Source: Octopus vulgaris (Eukaryota). Taken from it: a stretch of 64,000 nt of DNA. The stretch is taken from assembly GCA_951406725.2 (NCBI GenBank), contig OX597820.1:50344001-50408000 (forward strand), in the 5' to 3' direction. Below the pieces are notes generated by a model, which worked only from the letters and a program-made list of their open reading frames with translations, did no database searches and was not told where the DNA came from. The stretch's first letter is position 1; every line of letters begins with the position of its first letter. Both the position numbers and the translations under genes were made by a program. Positions 39,786 to 53,204 of the stretch are shown here, one piece after another.

Positions 39786-42113
39786 GAACCCAATGAGAAC
39801 GGTTTATTTTTTTTTTATCATCAACTAGGTTGCATTGACGGTAATCATCTCGGCTGAGATGAGCAGTTAGCGCTCGACGATGGTTCGGCATATGTCTACA
39901 TCAACCACTTTAACCAGTTTACAGCAGAGATTTATTCGGTTGCCTGCGCGTGGCAACTGTGATCGCGCCGATTGAGGTCTGTACTCAGTGCGAGATAACG
40001 TTTGGCGTATATTTACATCAGCCGCTTTAGTGCAAGTACTTTACCTAAACTAGATCCCTGTTCAGGACGCTAATGCCGTATTATTATTCCTGAATAAGAT
40101 CACGCGACAGTAGACGTCAGATCAACTTCATGTATTTACAATCACATGAATTCAAAAATTGGCTTTAGTGTGGTAGAGTTAAAAAAAAATCAGGGTACAA
40201 CACACAGTGGCATATGACATTGTGAACAATGTTATGTAGTTTCCTTCTTTTTCCCTTTTGCTTTACACATTGTGAATATCTTTGAAGCATTTGTTTTCTT
40301 GGCGGAGGGGGAAACAGTCAGGGAAAATGTCCACGTCCCTTCGCCATGTGGTGAGTAGAGAGCCTGGCGTGGGAAGGTCCACACATTCTGTAATTTGGCA
40401 GGTATGATGGTTCTGTCATTTCATGAAACAGTAGATTGCTTAATGTCAATCCATTCACCACACCGCCAAGCATCTAGCAAATCAAATGTGAGTTCAGGAC
40501 ACACATGTCAACTATATACAAGTAAATTTCTTTTGTACCATTTCAAACATTTCCTCACCGATTTGTGCGTCGTCAGCAGCTGATCTGAGCGACCGACCCA
40601 ACCCGTTCCTTCACTGTATGAAACAACTTCACTCTGTTTCAATATGTCATTACCGTCCGCATCTTGTTTCCTAGTTTCCTTCATGCTTGCAGAATGTATT
40701 GTGGAGAACATGCAGACATTTATTTTGTCACTCCACATCAGAGCGAGAATGTCACTAATGGTGCATTTGTACGCTGTTTACAACTTTCGAAGTTCTATCT
40801 TGTAAAGATCGGGTGGCATGTTTTTCATTGTGCGTCCTCAGAGTCCTACATGCAAGTCTTCCTCGCCTGCAGCTGCAGGAAGAGGTCAACTAGAAAATCA
40901 TTTGTCCATACAAATATTGTAGCCTTTGTCAAACAAGTTTTTATTCAGCGACAACACGACATCAGTTGACGCAAGAGTAGACGCTGGAAGATCCGATGTG
41001 TCTTGACCAGTGTAGATTTTGTATTTCCACGTGTACCCACAGGCTCTGCCAGTTGACTGCCATACTTTGTGAAATCTGAATCCAAAGCAGGCACGTTTGA
41101 TCGGGTTGTATTGTTTGAATCGCAGCCTTACTTTGAATTCCCACAAATTCTCCTCCAAACAAATGTCCTGTGTGGGAACATATAACGTTCTGAAATGTTC
41201 AGCTACTTCGTCAACGATAGAACGTTTTATGAGAAGCCTGTCATACTGGTTCTCGCCTGAGTTGAAATGTATATTTTGAAGAAGCACCAAAATTTCATCA
41301 CTTGGGTTTGTTTCCGGAAGGAAAAGTGTCAGCGTGGCTGAATCCCGATTCCAATATGACGCCATTGTCGATTTCTTCACGATGCCAATCAATATCAGCA
41401 GGGCAAGCAGAACTTTGATTTTGTCTCCTGTGGTACGAAACCAATCTCTGCCATGCCCGGGTTTGATATGGAATCACCATAGTCATTCATTTCGTTTGCT
41501 ATATATTGGAACATTTCATCTGTCAAAAACATTTCCAATGGTGAAATTCCGTGTTCAAAGTTTGCCTTTATGCCAGACAAATTAGTAAAACCATGTTGTC
41601 GGACGAAATTGTCGCTTATTCACCACACGACTTTATGTTGTCCAGGGCCATTCATTGCTGCTCGCCTGTACCTTATATTCTCCGGAATATTATCATCGCT
41701 ATCGGAATCATCTGATTCTGAAATAAGGAAATACTCACTCTCCGAGTCATCGTCCGAATCGGAAGAAATAACTGGTGAGGTGGTGTAGCTTGGTGTAGCA
41801 TGGAGCGACGACCGTAAATTCGAGGAAACAGGACGCAATGACGAATTTGACGGAGCTGGAGTGGTAGGCCAGGACGACAATAAATTCGATGAAACAGGAC
41901 GCGAAGACGAAGTTGACAGATCCAGAGTGGCAGGACCGGCCTATTGGGTTGTAAATATTTATATGAAACATCTAATCGGCCTATCAGTTGGCAGGTAGAC
42001 CGTTACTAACTCAGGCGACAGGTTCTATGTCACTCGTCGTATAATGAAGTCGACTTATATAAAGCATGTATATTGCGTTTGAAAATTTACGTCAAACATT
42101 CTAAAAGAGTTAA
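39786..42113 (-). mobile_element. piggyBac-family DNA transposon (transposase pseudogene ~40170-41900)
   Basis: PLEMFLTDEMFQYIANEMNDY; GIVKKSTMASYW; LYVPTQDICLEENLWEFKVRLRFKQYNPIK; GYTWKYKIYTG; LFDKGYNICMD; WSDKINVCMFSTIH; SYSEGTGWVGRSDQ; WYKR. TTAA at the right end (42110-42113). The left boundary and TIRs are degenerate. Confidence 0.88.
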
Positions 42114-42164
42114 TGGTAACATACCAAAAGGATGTCAACGAATACCGATTAGGAATAATTAAAT

Positions 42165-42407
42165 GTAAAGTTCCTTCCCGAGTCATAGTCTCATGGGTTC
42201 GGTTTCCATGTTTCCGTAGGTTATATATTCCTTACCTAGATGGGACGCCGGTCCGTCGCAGGTTTACTCATCTTTGCCAGATGAGTGGACTGAAACAACA
42301 TGAAAATGAAGTGTTTTGCACAAGAACACAACTTGTTACCCGGTCCAGGAATCGAAACCACAATATTACGGTCGTGCATTCAACACACTAACCACTAAGC
42401 CACGCGA
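42165..42407 (-). mobile_element. tRNA-derived SINE (Meta/V-like core)
   Basis: Minus: GCGTGGCTTAGTGGTTAGTGTG (A box), GGTTTCGATTCC (B-box-like), TTGTGTTCTTGTGCAAAACACTT and CCTGCGACGGACCGGCGTCCCATCTAGG cores. Confidence 0.8.
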
Positions 42408-43664
42408 TTCCACGTATAGGGAAGAATTGAGGGAAAAGTCAGCTATCTCCTGTTTTGAAGATTTAGTGTTTTATGACAATGGTAAGCTGCAAATAACATT
42501 TAAGTGCAAACTAAAAAAAAAAGATTTAAAAGCACTGCGACAATTGTCGCAATTGACAAATGTGCAATGATAGAGACGAAAAGGGAAAAATCATAAAACG
42601 TACTGGTATAAACCTGAATAATTAGGAGGATATAAGACAATTAAACCTGAATTAAACTTATGAATGTCTTGGAATACTGTAGAAAAAAATCCTAAATATT
42701 AAAATTAAGAAAGCTCTCGGAAAAGAATATTTTCGAAGCACGAAGGGGATCTAAAACCTAAATTGAATACAGGAAACGTCATAAAAGCAATCATCTTTAT
42801 TGCAGTATCCCTAATAATGTGTGGAGCAGGAATTATTGAATGGATTGAGATTGAATTGATGATCATTGACAAGAATATGAGGAGAAAGCTAACACTGCAC
42901 AAAAGCATGCAATTTCAATCTGAAGTGGACTGATTATACGAAAAAGAAAAGCGAAAAAGCAATAAAAGGAAGAATGTTAATGAGCGCCTAAGCGGTAATA
43001 CAATTAGAGAAAAAATATGGCGTGTTTTAAAATCAAGTAAAAAAGGAAGCATTATGGACGAAGTATGTAAAGTATTCTTTAGAAAGTATGCGGAACCCAA
43101 AGATAGAAAATGAGGAAATGCAAACAGAGGAAATCAAAATTTGGTGAAAATAGCTTCCCTCGGGGGTTTTCTTTAAAACAAAACTGATAAGGGATGAAAT
43201 GCGTTATAAAGTGAAAAGCCCGCAGATAAATAATAAATGTTAGTGTAAATTGGAGGATGAAGACGATAGATCAGGCGGTCTCTGGTAAGGAATGTGCGAT
43301 GATTTCGAAGAGTCTATAGCTTACAATGTATCAGAATGCCTTCAGTTAGTGGAGAATGAATACAAACATGTAGGACTCATAACATTGCCGTGTCAATACT
43401 CTGAAAGTTTTGCAAGAACAGAGTCAAAATTTTCGAGAGTAAAACTTAAGAAAATTTATCTTAAAATGAGAGTAATTGCAGCATAGAACCTTAAGTCAGA
43501 ATTATTCAGCAAGTCCTCAAAACGGTGTAAAAGAAAGATCTGAAATATAAGGGGTGAAAATTTACAAACGGTTTAAGATACTCTGCATTCTTGAGCATGC
43601 GTTGCCATTTGATTGTAATCATAATGTATCTGAGTACTAAATTAAGTCAACAAACCAACAGGGC

Positions 43665-43707
<43 letters not shown>

Positions 43708-43772
43708 CAACAACAACAACAACGACAACGACGACGACGATGATGATGATGATGATGATACTAATAATAATG

Positions 43773-43855
<83 letters not shown>

Positions 43856-43878
43856 AAGAAGAAGAAGAAGAAGAAGAA
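43665..43878. repeat. Compound trinucleotide tract (AAT/AAC/GAC/GAT/AAT/AAG)
   Basis: Direct inspection. Confidence 0.96.
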
Positions 43879-45051
43879 CGAAAGGGACGAAGAACGAAGA
43901 AAAAAATGGAAGGAAACGAAGAATAGCAAAAGCACCGTAGGACGTTTGATACGAGTATACACGGTGACTTGTCTACTCTGTAAATATCCACTACTTGTTA
44001 AAGAGTAAAAAGAAAAATCAACGGGGATGTTGAATATAAACTGCGTAAGTAAAGCTTGTAAAATTTATTGATATTTACTTCCTATAATTAAGAACACCGG
44101 GGTTTGTTTAACATGAGAGATGTACTTGTGTGTTCTGAAAAATATCCATTAGCATAGGTTAAATAACAACAAATTAATTCGAAAAAAAAAATGAAAGAAA
44201 TGTCGAGCGCACACTGTGTAAGTGATGCTTGTAAACTTTATTGATCTGTATTTCGTATAATTAATGTAATTCAAATGTTTGTAATTGCTAGACAGAACAT
44301 CACGTGTAAACAAACTAACGAAACATATTAGCAACCCTACTCAGCCCCTCTAACAAAACTTAATAATCAATACAAATAAAGCAGTGTCATTCACTCTAAC
44401 GTTAGTAAAAAAAAAAACCGTAGAATGCAAAGTTTGAATTTGAAGCATAAAATAATCAAAAGCTATAGTGTTCAAGATTAAGCATCATCTGTAACACATA
44501 TAAGTAGATGACGTTGTATGTGAAGAGCCGCGTTTTATTCCTTAAGTTTCGCAAAAAAAACAAAAACTAATTCAAAACAGCGCAGGAAGAAATGGACGTT
44601 AAACATACTTTTCAATATCATAAGCGTATTTTACAATCATTATAAAAAAAGTTTGCTAAGTGAGTAAAAGAAGATTTTCGTATTAGGAGAGATGTGTGAT
44701 ATGAAACATAATCGTGGGTTTTAAAATGCTGACGTTCTTTGACATAAAAATATATGCTAGCGTGGCGACTTAATGTAATAGATATTAATTTAATATGAAG
44801 TTTAGTATTTTCATTGAAATATGCTCAGTTCTATGTGATTACAGTGATCGCTTTGAGTTAGTTTGCAGAAAGCGAAAATAATTAAATAGTAACATGATGT
44901 AACAGAGCATTAAATTATACAAGACTTGTGTATGACATAAAGTTTCAGTCATAAATTGGGACAGTTTTGTAAGACTTGATGTAGTGTAATATCATTTCAG
45001 AAGTATCTTTATGTGGGGAAAATAATTTAAAGCTTATGTTTATCACAAATA

Positions 45052-45729
45052 CGAGGTGGCATCAAAATGTTCCAAGACTAACTCTGTAGCACGCCGACAG
45101 TTGCCAGCACATGGTTGCGTGCGCAGTAAGAGTTAGCAGCGATTATCATGAGGCAGTGTGGCGAGGGACATCGCTGTGTTTACTTCGGATGTTGTAAAAT
45201 TTGTGGTTTTATCATCACGTGACCAATCTGGAATACCTTCCACGAGTGTCACCCACCGAAAATTTGAGAGAATTCATCAGCTTGTGGGTGAGGGTCGTTG
45301 CAGGAAAATCAACGACATTTTGAAGTGTTTGAGGGAGGACATTTGGAAAAAGCGAACGGATCTATGGAAGGCGAAGAATTGGATTCTTCATGAAGAAAAT
45401 GCACCCTGTCGCCGAGCTCTCCTCACACGTGAATTTGTCACCAGAAACAAACATTTCCTCGCTCCGGGCCCGATCCTTTCGCAAGATATAGCACCAACGG
45501 GCTTCTATCTCTTTCCCAATATGAAAATGCAGCTCAAAGGTCACCATTTTAACACCACAAATTGCAGAAGGTCCTTGACTAGCTTACGGAAAACGACTTC
45601 CAGGCCGGATTCCAAAGGTGGCAGGAACGCTGGGACCGGTGTATTTCGAAGTAGGATATGTCAAAACTTAGGTAAATAAATTATTTCCTATTAAAAATAA
45701 CTAGTCCGGGAATTTTTGATACGAGCTCG
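45052..45729 (+). mobile_element. Internally deleted mariner transposon
   Basis: TA-flanked imperfect ~28 bp TIRs (CGAGGTGGCATCAAAATGTTCCAAGACTA versus reverse complement CGAGCTCGTATCAAAAATTCCCGGACTA). ORF contains WILHEENAPC and SQDIAPTGFYLFPNMKMQLKGHHF (HDNA and SPDLAPxDF remnants). Confidence 0.9.
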
Positions 45730-45999
45730 TATAGAAGGAATGAGTTAAAAAAATTTGAGCCATGTCTAAATCCCCTAAATTTGTGCCTGAGTGAAGAAAG
45801 CAAGAAATCATCAGTGAACATACCTATAGGAGGAGAAACCAAGACATCAACTGAATTCACGGCAAAGACTATGAATAAATAGTGTTTCTGCTAATATTTA
45901 AGGAAATTAAGACACAAGTGATTGTTCGTTATGTGTGCCTCCTCCACTATTATCTCCAGTGCGTATCAATGTTGCATTCTGATTATAATGTTAGTAGTG

Positions 46000-47625
46000 A
46001 GGTTATAAACTTTCCAAAATAACAAAGAACGGTGATAATTGATGTGAGAGAACAAAGAAATACAAGGAGTTCAGATTGAAAAGGGTAAACTTGAGACGAA
46101 ATATAAAAAGATGCGCGGGCAAAAGAAGAAGGACTATATTAAGAAAGCAAACATACGGACAATATATATTTTGCGATATATTACGCAGATGACTTAGTGA
46201 AAAAAAAGCAATTATAATTGAAATGCATACACAAGCAAAATAGTATATAATGCATATATTTTTTTTGCTGTCGAGAAGCATTCATGGTATATATATCTTT
46301 ATATATAAAAGTGAGGTTGTGTGCTGTCTGTCTCCTACGATTTAGATTCCTAACTACTCCCACATTTTGCGGTGCAGTTTAACCAAAACCGGGTATCTTA
46401 TAGTCGTGATTCATATCGAGCCCTTCTGGGTAGTAGCGCGTGTCTACGATGAGTCTACGATTTAAAAAAAAAATTACCATCAATTTTTCCCATTTTAATG
46501 CATTTTTGGCATATATAAGGGAAGTAACTCTCTAAAAATTTATTAAATCTCAGAACGTAAAAAGCTACAGTAACAACCCCCTTTGTGGTTAGCCATGATG
46601 GCTATTATACTTTGCATCTCTAAAAATGCTTATATAGTTATTTCCCTTACAAACCCGAGCAACGCCGGGCGATACTGCTAGTATCAAATATAGAAAGATG
46701 AGTACTGCACAAAGTAACTGTTAAATAAAGTTTAATAATTATAGAATGATATATGAATAATTGGAAATATGAGGCAAACCTAAGAGCAGGTAGGCTGATT
46801 GATGATGAAACCATAGAAGGAAAAGTTTGCCAAAAATATATAAATAAAATAAAGAAAATGAAGTAAAATAACAAGAGTGTAACAAGAAAAAAAGCGTTCA
46901 TGGATAAATAACCATGTTGGCAGACAAAACAGATATCGTTAAAAAAGAACCTTTGTTTTGCTGGGAAATGGAAAAATAGACAAATATGAAGAAAAACGTC
47001 TGGCTATATAAGAACAAGCGTTTAGAACAAATTCCTTAGAAACAAGTTTTGACAAACACCAGCAAGACCGTAAGTAATGGATGTGTGTCATATTAAGTAG
47101 AAATGTGAACGATTTACTTTGTGTATCAAGTGAGATTACAGAACAATAATACAAAAGATGACATGACGTGATGGGTGAGATATAAAGCGGGAGGTTAGAT
47201 GAAAATTTAGATTCCAAGTAGATAAAAATGTTCCTATCATAAGACTCAAGCGCTAATTGAAAATGACTATTATGATATCCTATGGGATTATTTCTCTGCT
47301 GAAACTAACCATTCTCTTGAATGACAGAGACGATATAACGTCGTATAAGAGAATAAAGCACAAAATACAAAAGATAATTACTTTGGTACACCACTTGATA
47401 GTGAAGTCGAAGTAAATGAAACAGAAACCTTTCCGAACATGAGTGGAAAACTGAGAAGATTTTGGAGTTAAAACTATTTGTGTCGTTGGAGCGCAGAGTA
47501 AAGGAAGGTATAGCTGCTAATACAAATGAAAATCATTGAAACTAAGACACAGTTAGATGAGTTGTCATCCTCAATTATATAGAAATACTTAAGAAAACCC
47601 TTGACAATTGAACGGAATTATTGTC
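46000..47625 (+). mobile_element. Highly degenerate R4/Dong-like fragment hosting the Helitron
   Basis: GGRGLI-like remnant near 46785, EQAFRTN (QDQAxxT-like) near 47012, ILWD near 47276, IVVGA-like remnant near 47480. Confidence 0.5.
46296..46681 (+). mobile_element. Non-autonomous Helitron
   Basis: Starts TC(TTTATATATAAAAG) after A. Subterminal GC hairpin CCCGAGC-AAC-GCCGGG at 46654-46669. Ends CTAG before T. Confidence 0.85.
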
Positions 47626-47769
47626 ACTAACTCTTAAAGATATGAATCATTCGGTATTGTCACCGTTCGCAATCTACAAAACAACTGCGTTAGCAGTAGA
47701 AGTTGCAGCACAAGAACAACAGTAAGCATAGCGACTACTATAATGATAATAATAATAATGATAATTGTA

Positions 47770-48105
47770 ATTTCAATTTGGGCACAAAGTCTGAAAGTTT
47801 TTTTTGGGGGGTTGTACATTGTATTACCCGTAGTGCTTCATTGATACTTTATTTTATCGACCGCAAAAATATGAAATATGAAATTAATCTCGGCAGGATT
47901 AGAGTTGAGAATGTAAAGCATTGGAAGAAAATTGATAATAATAATTATTATTATTATTCCTCATTTTGGTACAAGCACAGCACCTTAGAGGTGAGAGTTC
48001 ACATCGATTACGTATAACCTAGTATTTGAAGGAATGGAATGCATTTGAACTCAGAGCGTAGAAATCTGGAAGCGAAACATTTTGCCTTACCCGCTGAGAA
48101 TTCTG
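47770..48105 (-). mobile_element. Two degenerate SINE fragments (family of 1346-1541)
   Basis: TTTGGGCACAAAG..GATACTTTATTTTATCGACC..ATCTCGGCAGGATT and TTTTGGTACAAG..ATCGATTAC..ATTTGAACTCAGAGCGTA. Confidence 0.55.
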
Positions 48106-48249
48106 GAAGTGATAATAATTTTCTTTGTGGACATCTTATAGAAAAGAAAACAAAACTGGTTAGAGGGCAGATGAACTCGGGAAAGAAAGCCGCTATCCGA
48201 ATAGTACTAATTAGTATTGCACCGGTTCATGATTTAAGCAATAATAATT

Positions 48250-49680
48250 ATGTATGCATTTGACCAAACGGGATCTTATAAAGATACGTACAATAACTGA
48301 AAAGAAAACGGTGAAGCAAAGGCAGAGAAGTGAGCTCCAAAGAAAGTACATTACATAGAGAGAATTACTAATAGATAAGGTAAGGATGAGGCAAAATTTA
48401 AGGTATTATAAAGAAAATAAAAAACAAAACAAAACTACTTATCAGCAATGAATGAACCAATACCGACAGAAAAAGCTCTGCTCAGAAGCATTGAAAATAA
48501 ATTTTACCAACAATAAAATGAAGATCGGTGGAATGATGTGCTACGTACTGAAGTATCAATGAGCTTTTAGTCAGATATTTGGAGCATAGAGGCTCAAACA
48601 TAACATGGACTTGTTATAGAAATTACAAAGTGAGATGGAAAATAGATCGAAACAAGAAAGTAGAAATATTACAGATGAGAAATTGGAAGAGATATTCCCG
48701 AACATACCGAACTGGAAAGCCCCAGAACCAGATGGTGTTCGCAAATTCTAGATTTAAATCGTTTCAAGCATAAAGCTGTACCTTACTGACTGTATGGACA
48801 AAGGTACACCAAAATAGATGGCAAAGTAAATAACAGTGCTGTTGCAGAAAGACAGAGAAAAACTAGAGGTCAGAACTTACAGATCTGTTTTTTGTTTACA
48901 ATTTCTCCAGTAATTAAGTTACTGGACTCATAGATGAAATGTACTGCTTTCCGGAGATAGGGAACCTATTACCAAGAAGATCAGAATGGGTACAGAAAGA
49001 AAGCAATGGAAACTGCTGATTACATGGACTCCATGGCATGACAAATGAAAGGCAAAGTTGGTCTCAGTGGCATCTGACCTCATAAAGGAAAGAGGAAGAA
49101 ATTGCCATTAAGCCCCTTAGACACTCAAGCTAAGCTCAGCTTATACACCCATTGAATATTGAACTCTTAGATGGAGGAATATAGGGTATTACCTCAAAAT
49201 AAAGGACTGTAATTCATTGAATTTGAGGGTGTAGACACGAAAATTGTCAGCCTTGAACGCCACTATCATAAAGAGGAATGGGATTCGATATAAGCACCCC
49301 ATATATATTGAGGCGACTTTAATATGAACAGAAAAGCATACAAAGTAACGATTATTGAAGTAGGAAAATACACAGAATTAAGCAATGAGAAATTGATCTG
49401 TTTTACATGGATGCATGCGTAAGAAAAGGATGTAAGAAAATAATATATTACTAACTATAATTAAACGAAAATGAAAATATTTTGATCGAGGATAAAATGA
49501 AATATGAAAATGAAATTCGGAAAAAATAAGAACAACTTCACCTTCAATTCATCATATAAAAAATTGATTGTGTGTAAGAATACCAGAATAAAGATGTAAT
49601 CTAAGCTGTAACAGTAAAAAATATATTGCTAACTACGAAAGATGCTATATCAATAAAATAATGAAATGAGAGGCTAAACT
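48250..49680 (+). mobile_element. Degenerate R4/Dong-like RT fragment
   Basis: NWKAPEPDGVRKF (48711), NLQICFLF/NYRPI-like remnant (48875), LLP.DQNGYRK (48966), LFYMDA (49399). Confidence 0.55.
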
Positions 49681-51796
49681 TAAATGAATACTGGTCTATT
49701 AGTATCATTGCCTGCATCGATTAATCCCACCCAGTCAATGTATACCGAGTCAACATTGAGTTAGCTAGGTGTATTGACGAAATTACTGATATTTCAGTAT
49801 GACAATTGAGAAATGTTACGAAATATTGACACAATACACGAAAGTGATATGATTACACTTATCTGGTACATGTCTATACAGACTAACTAACGGGCAATCT
49901 GACTTGATAAAATAATAAAATATGGGAAAGCAATTCAGATATGCATCACGAACCTTTCTAATTAGAAACACAAACGAAGAACAAATATCTAATTGCCATA
50001 ATATAAAAAAATGATCGTACTCTAGGCAGAATTAATAATACCATATATGAAAAGGAAGGAAAACGTCCCATAATTTACCCAATGGACTCAGACTATAAAT
50101 CGTCCACACAGACCCGCAATTACAGAATTGATATTATACATAACTGCTACACAACATTATATAAACTACATAGCATAAAGGGCTATATTACAAACGACAC
50201 AAATATCACAGAACATCATAACAGATAAATCAATTGACAGGAAATATGTAAAACAACCATTCTCAAAGGAATTAAAACAAAAAGTATCTATAGATTCATT
50301 TAGCCTATACATGGATAGGTTAAAGTACAACAAAAAACAAACAAACAAGAAACCAAAATCCACTCAACAAAGCAGAACAATTATACATCCATCCATCAAA
50401 TCCACCTATCCATCGATTTTCTTCGCCCATAATTTTAAGTAAAGTTTCCAGGTACATTTTCAGTTGCACCCTTACCTGCTAGATTCCCAAGCGTTACCAA
50501 GTGAGTGTATTGATATTATCCAATCTTTTACCTAAGCGTTATTCTCCAACCGGTTTATAATATTATTAATACCGATAACGTTAAAGTGATAAAGCAATTT
50601 AATACTATATTTGTTACATTTCTATAGGTAGTAACTAGGCTTTCGTATGTTCAGTGTTTAGTCTCTATTTTTATATGAGTTGAAACTGTTTTATGTATAA
50701 TATATACAATTCAAAATTTTTATATTTTCTGTATATGTGGGTAGGTTCGTTTAAGTTATACATGTTTTGTATTACTTTTTATTATACCTAGTGTATAATG
50801 TCTTTTGGAGATTGATTCCGTTTTAAATCCACAAACCGGCTTGCTATCTTGATTTCCAGGCCTTTCTATTTTGGAAAGTCTCTACATTACTTTTACCCAG
50901 GTACAATCGTGTCTTCGAAAATGTTGCATTGATTAAGAAGCGTAATATTCTTTTGAAGTTTAAGATAGTAATATCTGAAGAAGTTAGCTGCAATCTAGAC
51001 ATTCTGGTCTATATTTCCAACAGACTTTCCATTTAGCTTACACATATATTATTGTCAGTTGTAACTAATGCATCAATTGAGAGATATTTCTCTTTATTGT
51101 GATAATTCATTTTCTTCTCAGTGATTTCAAGAAAGATTTGCTGTTATATTCTAGCTTTTGTAAATCTTCATATCACAGAATGTAGTGTTTAACATTTAGT
51201 GAAATGATTTCTTGCGTGTACTTGTAAAATCTCTTTACAAGGCCTAATTCTAGAGTGCTAACATAGACGTATAAAAAAAAACAACACCTGCTATATACTA
51301 CGTTTTGTCCGACTTTACACGGCTAGAAACAATATAACTAATTACCCCTTCACAAACGCAATGATTTGAGGACAGGAACATTATTTTATTTTCTGTTACA
51401 GTTTAAAATCATATAGGCTCAAATTTACGTCCCAAAAACAACGATTAATTTCATTATCCTTTATAATCATTCACTTTGTTAAGTCTTCTTCGACACCGGT
51501 TACGATGAATTTTGTTCTACCAACGCCATACGAACAATTTAGATTTTGAGTATTTAATATTTTGTTTTTTCTATCTCTTTGTCTCAACTGTATCTTAATA
51601 TAAACATTATCTTTCAAGGGTAGACAATGACTTTTTCCTTTCAACTTTTATCCGTGATCACATTAATTTCCTAATGTCCACTACTAGGTGTCTTTTGAGT
51701 TCTCAAGCTGATGTTTTACAATAGCCTGCTATTATAAATTCGTGTACGTATTCTTTCTTTGAGTTATATTTAATTTCATAGTATCCCTCTCCTCTC

Positions 51797-51842
<46 letters not shown>

Positions 51843-52609
51843 AATACACACACATACACGCGCAAACACCTGCACAGGTACACACGCAAACAAACAGGTA
51901 CACATACACACAAACACACACATGTATATATCATATATAAAGTCTTGTACATACTGACAAATTGAAACGAAGCCTCCTCTCTTTGTGGTTTAAGGTCATT
52001 TAATATCGGCCTTTGTGTGACGTATTTTCTAAATCTCGATTTCATTTTCATTTTCCCTGTCTAGTCGTGCTAATTCACTTAGTTTTCAGTGGAGAATATT
52101 ATTAACTATAACTTCCTACTAGAGCAGTTAAAGTAATAGTTATATATTGATATATATGGCTATTTTTCTGCACTTAGTTTAGATTTAAATATTAATGTAA
52201 TGCGTTTATAATATTCCTCCCTAATTGTTTCTGTCATCTTTCAGTTCCAGAATATGTGTGGTTTATTAAATCTAAATAGTTCAAAGTCTGCGTTTGAACA
52301 AATTCTCTTAAATCTGTTTCTTGTTTTAACATGATTTTAATGGTTGTTATTCAATTTTGTTTTCTCTTGTATGGCATCGTGGTACATTGTTACTGTTCTG
52401 AATCTGCGAGATGGTTCTTTCAAGGTTTCCAACTGTGTGGTGTGTCTATGTTGCATGCCGCATTATATTTTCTGTATAGAGTAGAAATGGAGAGTATTTT
52501 AATCTTTTAATCTTTCAATGGTTTCACTTCCACGAATCTTCCCGTTGTCACGACAGCGTAATTATTTTACAACTGCATATTCACCAGATGCCATTTTGAT
52601 AACAATGAT

Positions 52610-52637
52610 AATGATGATCATTAGGATGATAATGATG

Positions 52638-52700
<63 letters not shown>

Positions 52701-52745
52701 TCGACGAGGATGATTATGATGATGATGATAGCAACAGCAACAACA
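52610..52745. repeat. (ATG)n microsatellite
   Basis: Direct inspection. Confidence 0.95.
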
Positions 52746-52768
52746 AAACACCAATAATCCTAAGAATA

Positions 52769-52979
52769 TTTCAAATTTTTGCAACAAGCCCAGCTTTGGG
52801 GAGGTGGGGATGAATCGATTTCATCGATCTCCAGTGTTCATCTGGTACTATTTCATCGACTTCAAAAGGATGAAAGGCAAAGTCGACCTCGGTGGTATTT
52901 GACCTGAAAACGTATCGACGGGCGAAATACCGCGAAGCATCTCGTCCGGCGTGGTAACGGTTCTGTCAGCTCGCCGCCT
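52769..52979 (-). mobile_element. tRNA-derived SINE (same family as 1346-1541)
   Basis: AAAGGATGAAAGGCAAAGTCGACCTCGGTGG...CTGTCAGCTCGCCGCC is the reverse complement of the 1346 copy. Confidence 0.85.
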
Positions 52980-53043
52980 TAAAAATTTTTAATAATAACA
53001 GCAAAAATAAACCCACTATTAATAATAATAAATTTAGTTATAG

Positions 53044-53100
<57 letters not shown>

Positions 53101-53120
53101 CGACGATGATGAAGACCACA

Positions 53121-53200
<80 letters not shown>
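53044..53200. repeat. (GAT)n/(GGT)n microsatellite
   Basis: Direct inspection. Confidence 0.95.
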
Positions 53201-53201
<1 letters not shown>

Positions 53202-53204
53202 ATG

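Larger units (their letters stand above)
38190..43645 (+). mobile_element. Old, long R4/Dong-like element interrupted by a piggyBac and a SINE
   Basis: Degenerate RT motifs in order: KATGTDLAHDYWLKGF (39185); QWESFSPIF (QGDxLSPxxF remnant, 39757); after the insertions KVSYLLF..DLVFY (42435) and KYLGI-like (42665); later YQNAFS..EYKHVGL. Ends at (TAA)n near 43665. Confidence 0.65.

Noticed and set aside
49800-50950. Further LINE RT remnants
   Set aside because: Only isolated 4-6 residue resemblances; too decayed to assign family or boundaries.
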